A DNA stretch of 64,000 bases from Emiliania huxleyi CCMP1516 (lineage: Eukaryota), in the NCBI RefSeq assembly GCF_000372725.1, contig NW_005201349.1:322723-386722 (forward strand). Reading direction: 5' to 3'. How positions within the stretch are numbered: position 1 is the stretch's first letter; every line of letters begins with the position of its first letter. The position numbers were made by a program, and so were the translations under genes. The notes under the pieces were generated by a model that did no database searches, was not told the origin of the DNA, and saw only the letters and a list, made by a program, of their open reading frames with translations. Positions 61,774-64,000 of the stretch are shown in pieces.

Positions 61774-62043
61774 ACGGGCGCCCTCGCGCGTGAGGGTCGC
61801 GTCTACAAGTACGACCTCAACGTGACCACGCCGGGACGCTTCGAGCACGCCCATCGGGATCGAACAGCCACGAGGGCGTAGCGGTGTAACGGCTCCATCT
61901 CGGCCGAGCACGGCATTGGCGCGATGAAGCCGGGCGTGCTGCACCTCGCCAAGCGCGGGCCGGTCATCGAGGTCATGCGCGGCATGAAGCGGCTGCTCGA
62001 CCCGAAGGGCATACTCAACCCCGGCAAAGTCCTGCCGCCGTGA
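61774..62043 (+). pseudogene. D2HGDH: C-terminal fragment of an FAD-linked D-2-hydroxyglutarate/D-lactate dehydrogenase with an apparent internal deletion
   Basis: VYKYDL; NGSISAEHGIGAMK...MRGMKRLLDPKGILNPGKVLP*; the GHLGDGNLH segment is missing. Confidence 0.75.
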
Positions 62044-62493
62044 CGGGGCCATTCTCTTGACACTTGAGAAACGGGGATCGGAACAGTTAGTATGTGACGG
62101 CCCGGCCCGGTGCACGGCCCGGCCGGGGGTTGTGTGTACGGTTGCTGTAAGTATGTAAGACCACCTATATGTGGCATTCGCGCTAACGCGGAAACATATC
62201 GCGCCCCTCCGTTCGTCGGGACCGTCGTGCGCTGCCCTGCTTCGGGACCGTCGTGCGCTGCCGCTGCGTCGGGACCGGCGTGCCCTGCCGCTGCGCCCGG
62301 TGATCCTCGCCATCCGCATCGCCCACCGCGACGCGTCCGTCGTCCACTACGGCTTTGCGCCACCTCCCATCCGATGGGATGGACATGCGCTGTGCCACCT
62401 TTGCATGCATGATGGCCGGCTCTCTCTGTGCGGGTGTGCGGCACCGTCCGCAGAGCCGGCGAAGGCAACAGCCCACGCGCACCTCGTCACAGG

Positions 62494-63855
62494 TCACAGC
62501 TTGAGGCGACGCACGCTCACGATGGACACGGACACCTTGCGGCCGTAGCTCAAGGCGCACGGATACACGGGCCCAGTGATGCCCTTTGCCTTGTGTGGCA
62601 CCTCCACGCCGTCGATGAAGAAGGTCACCTGCCCCGCCGCCATGTCCACGAGCATGCGCGCCTCCGCGCCAATGGGGAACTCGTAGCCACGCGGTGTCAA
62701 CCCCTCCTTGTGGTTCTCGCTGTACACCATCCTATGGAAGCGACGCAGCCACCAGACATTAGGCATGCCATTGGAGTTGCTCTCAAGGCGGTCGCAATTG
62801 TCTCTGACGATGCCGAAGCCCGAAACTGCAGCCGAGAGATCGGCGCCGTCCTCGGTCAGTTTGAAGACGACCTCGTAGGTGCCCGAAGCGATCAGCGTGT
62901 CGACGCGCACGAGACCCTTCTGCGTGGTCATCGTCTCGCCAGCGGCCGAGACGTTCGCTGCATCGTGGCCCTCGAGCACCCACTTGGGGTTGAGCGGCCC
63001 GCCGGTTCGGGGCGTGGTGCGCGGCGTGGCGGCGCCAAAGGACTTTTCCTTCATCGCCTGGGCGAGCACCTTGAACGCGGCGGCCGTGTTCATGAGCGGC
63101 TCGGTCTCCACGTGCTCGGTGAGAAAGTCGGCGCTCATCGTCGAGAAGCGAACGTGTTCGAGCAGCGCGGCGACCGTGCTCTCCTCCCGCACCGCCGGCG
63201 CCTGCGCGCGCAGCCAGCGGACCAGCGCGGTGAAGACGGCGGCCTCGTCGGCCTCGACCTCGTCACTGGCGAGCAGCGCAGAGAGCATCTCGTGGCTCAG
63301 CTGCACAAAGTCGTCGGTCGCCGCGACGTCCGCAAAGTGCTTGAGCGTGTGCTGCCGGGCCGTGGCCGCCAGCTCGGGCAGGCTGGCGCGGTCCGCAAAG
63401 ATCCACGTGCTCAGCGCGTTTGCCACGGAGATGCGCTCCTTGAGCGCCGCCGTGAGCGCCTCGGCCAGCGGTGCCACCTGCAGACGCGACGCCGCCTCGA
63501 GCAGAGGCACCAGCAGCTCCTCGGGAACGTTGCAGCTGCCCTCGTAGATGAAGGAAAGCACGCCTTCGAAGACCGACGCCTTCATGTCCTTGAGCTGGTG
63601 CTCGGCGCTGTCGGCGAAGCGGTCGCCGGGCAGCAGGGCGCGGAAGTAGTCCGACGCTGCCGCGAGCTTGAGCTTGTGCACGGCAAACGCGGAGCCGTCG
63701 ACCGTCACCGTGAGATCGCACAGCTCGCCCGCGCGCCACATCGCAGCCTCCGCCTGGAGTTGCGGATTGTCCACGTCGTGCGACGTTTTGAGAGCGACCA
63801 ATGGTGCCGACGAGGCAGCGGCCGCGTCGGCGCGAGCGCGCTTGCGTGGTGGCAT
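62494..63855 (-). CDS. BTB-BACK protein with a C-terminal SPRY/B30.2-like domain, intronless
   Basis: LCDLTVTVDGSAFAVHKLKLAAASDYFRALL (BTB); FVQLS....LLASDEV..DEAAVFTALVRWL...LLEHVRF (BACK); MLVDMAAGQVTFFIDG...GPVYPC (SPRY-like). Confidence 0.9.
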   Translation of the reverse strand: MPPRKRARADAAAASSAPLVALKTSHDVDNPQLQAEAAMWRAGELCDLTVTVDGSAFAVHKLKLAAASDYFRALLPGDRFADSAEHQLKDMKASVFEGVLSFIYEGSCNVPEELLVPLLEAASRLQVAPLAEALTAALKERISVANALSTWIFADRASLPELAATARQHTLKHFADVAATDDFVQLSHEMLSALLASDEVEADEAAVFTALVRWLRAQAPAVREESTVAALLEHVRFSTMSADFLTEHVETEPLMNTAAAFKVLAQAMKEKSFGAATPRTTPRTGGPLNPKWVLEGHDAANVSAAGETMTTQKGLVRVDTLIASGTYEVVFKLTEDGADLSAAVSGFGIVRDNCDRLESNSNGMPNVWWLRRFHRMVYSENHKEGLTPRGYEFPIGAEARMLVDMAAGQVTFFIDGVEVPHKAKGITGPVYPCALSYGRKVSVSIVSVRRLKL

Positions 63856-64000
63856 ATCGGCCGCGCGCACGCAGGCGCTCGCTCGCCCCCCACGTTGTTT
63901 CTCACGTCTCTCTTACATAAACGCACAACTCCGGACCCATGGCCGCACGGAAGATGTCAGCCTCAAACATCCACTGCGAAGTGGCTTTGAGGAGCTCCTG

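Overview
This is eukaryotic nuclear DNA, not prokaryotic. It is very GC-rich and intron-rich, with many GC-AG introns, 10-bp intronic tandem repeats and scaffold gaps, a style typical of haptophytes such as Emiliania/Gephyrocapsa huxleyi (inference). Most ORFs in the track are GC-driven shadow frames. Recognisable genes: an RRM protein, RPL26, a PARP-domain protein, a GLUT-type sugar porter, ATG7 (plus a duplicate first exon), an LRR-family fragment, a PHGDH-like dehydrogenase, a CCCH zinc-finger protein, GT61- and GT31-like glycosyltransferases, an NAD(P)-binding protein, a chlorophyllase-like hydrolase, a BTB + nucleotidyltransferase-like fusion, an EF-hand protein, an F-box/RCC1 protein, an FHA + AlkB dioxygenase, a D2HGDH fragment and a BTB-BACK-SPRY protein. 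The standout is a 1.3-kb low-GC insert (18003-19327) capped at both ends by inward-facing C4A4/G4T4 telomere repeats and carrying a single patatin gene. That is the architecture of a complete spirotrich-ciliate macronuclear nanochromosome, here embedded in the algal scaffold, either by true integration or by a chimeric assembly. Also notable: an (ACCTT)n-tailed dispersed element that appears to supply splice sites, exon-sequence duplications across intron boundaries, and a recurrent AATTCTTTT motif just upstream of start codons. All calls are by-eye motif recognition; no searches were run.
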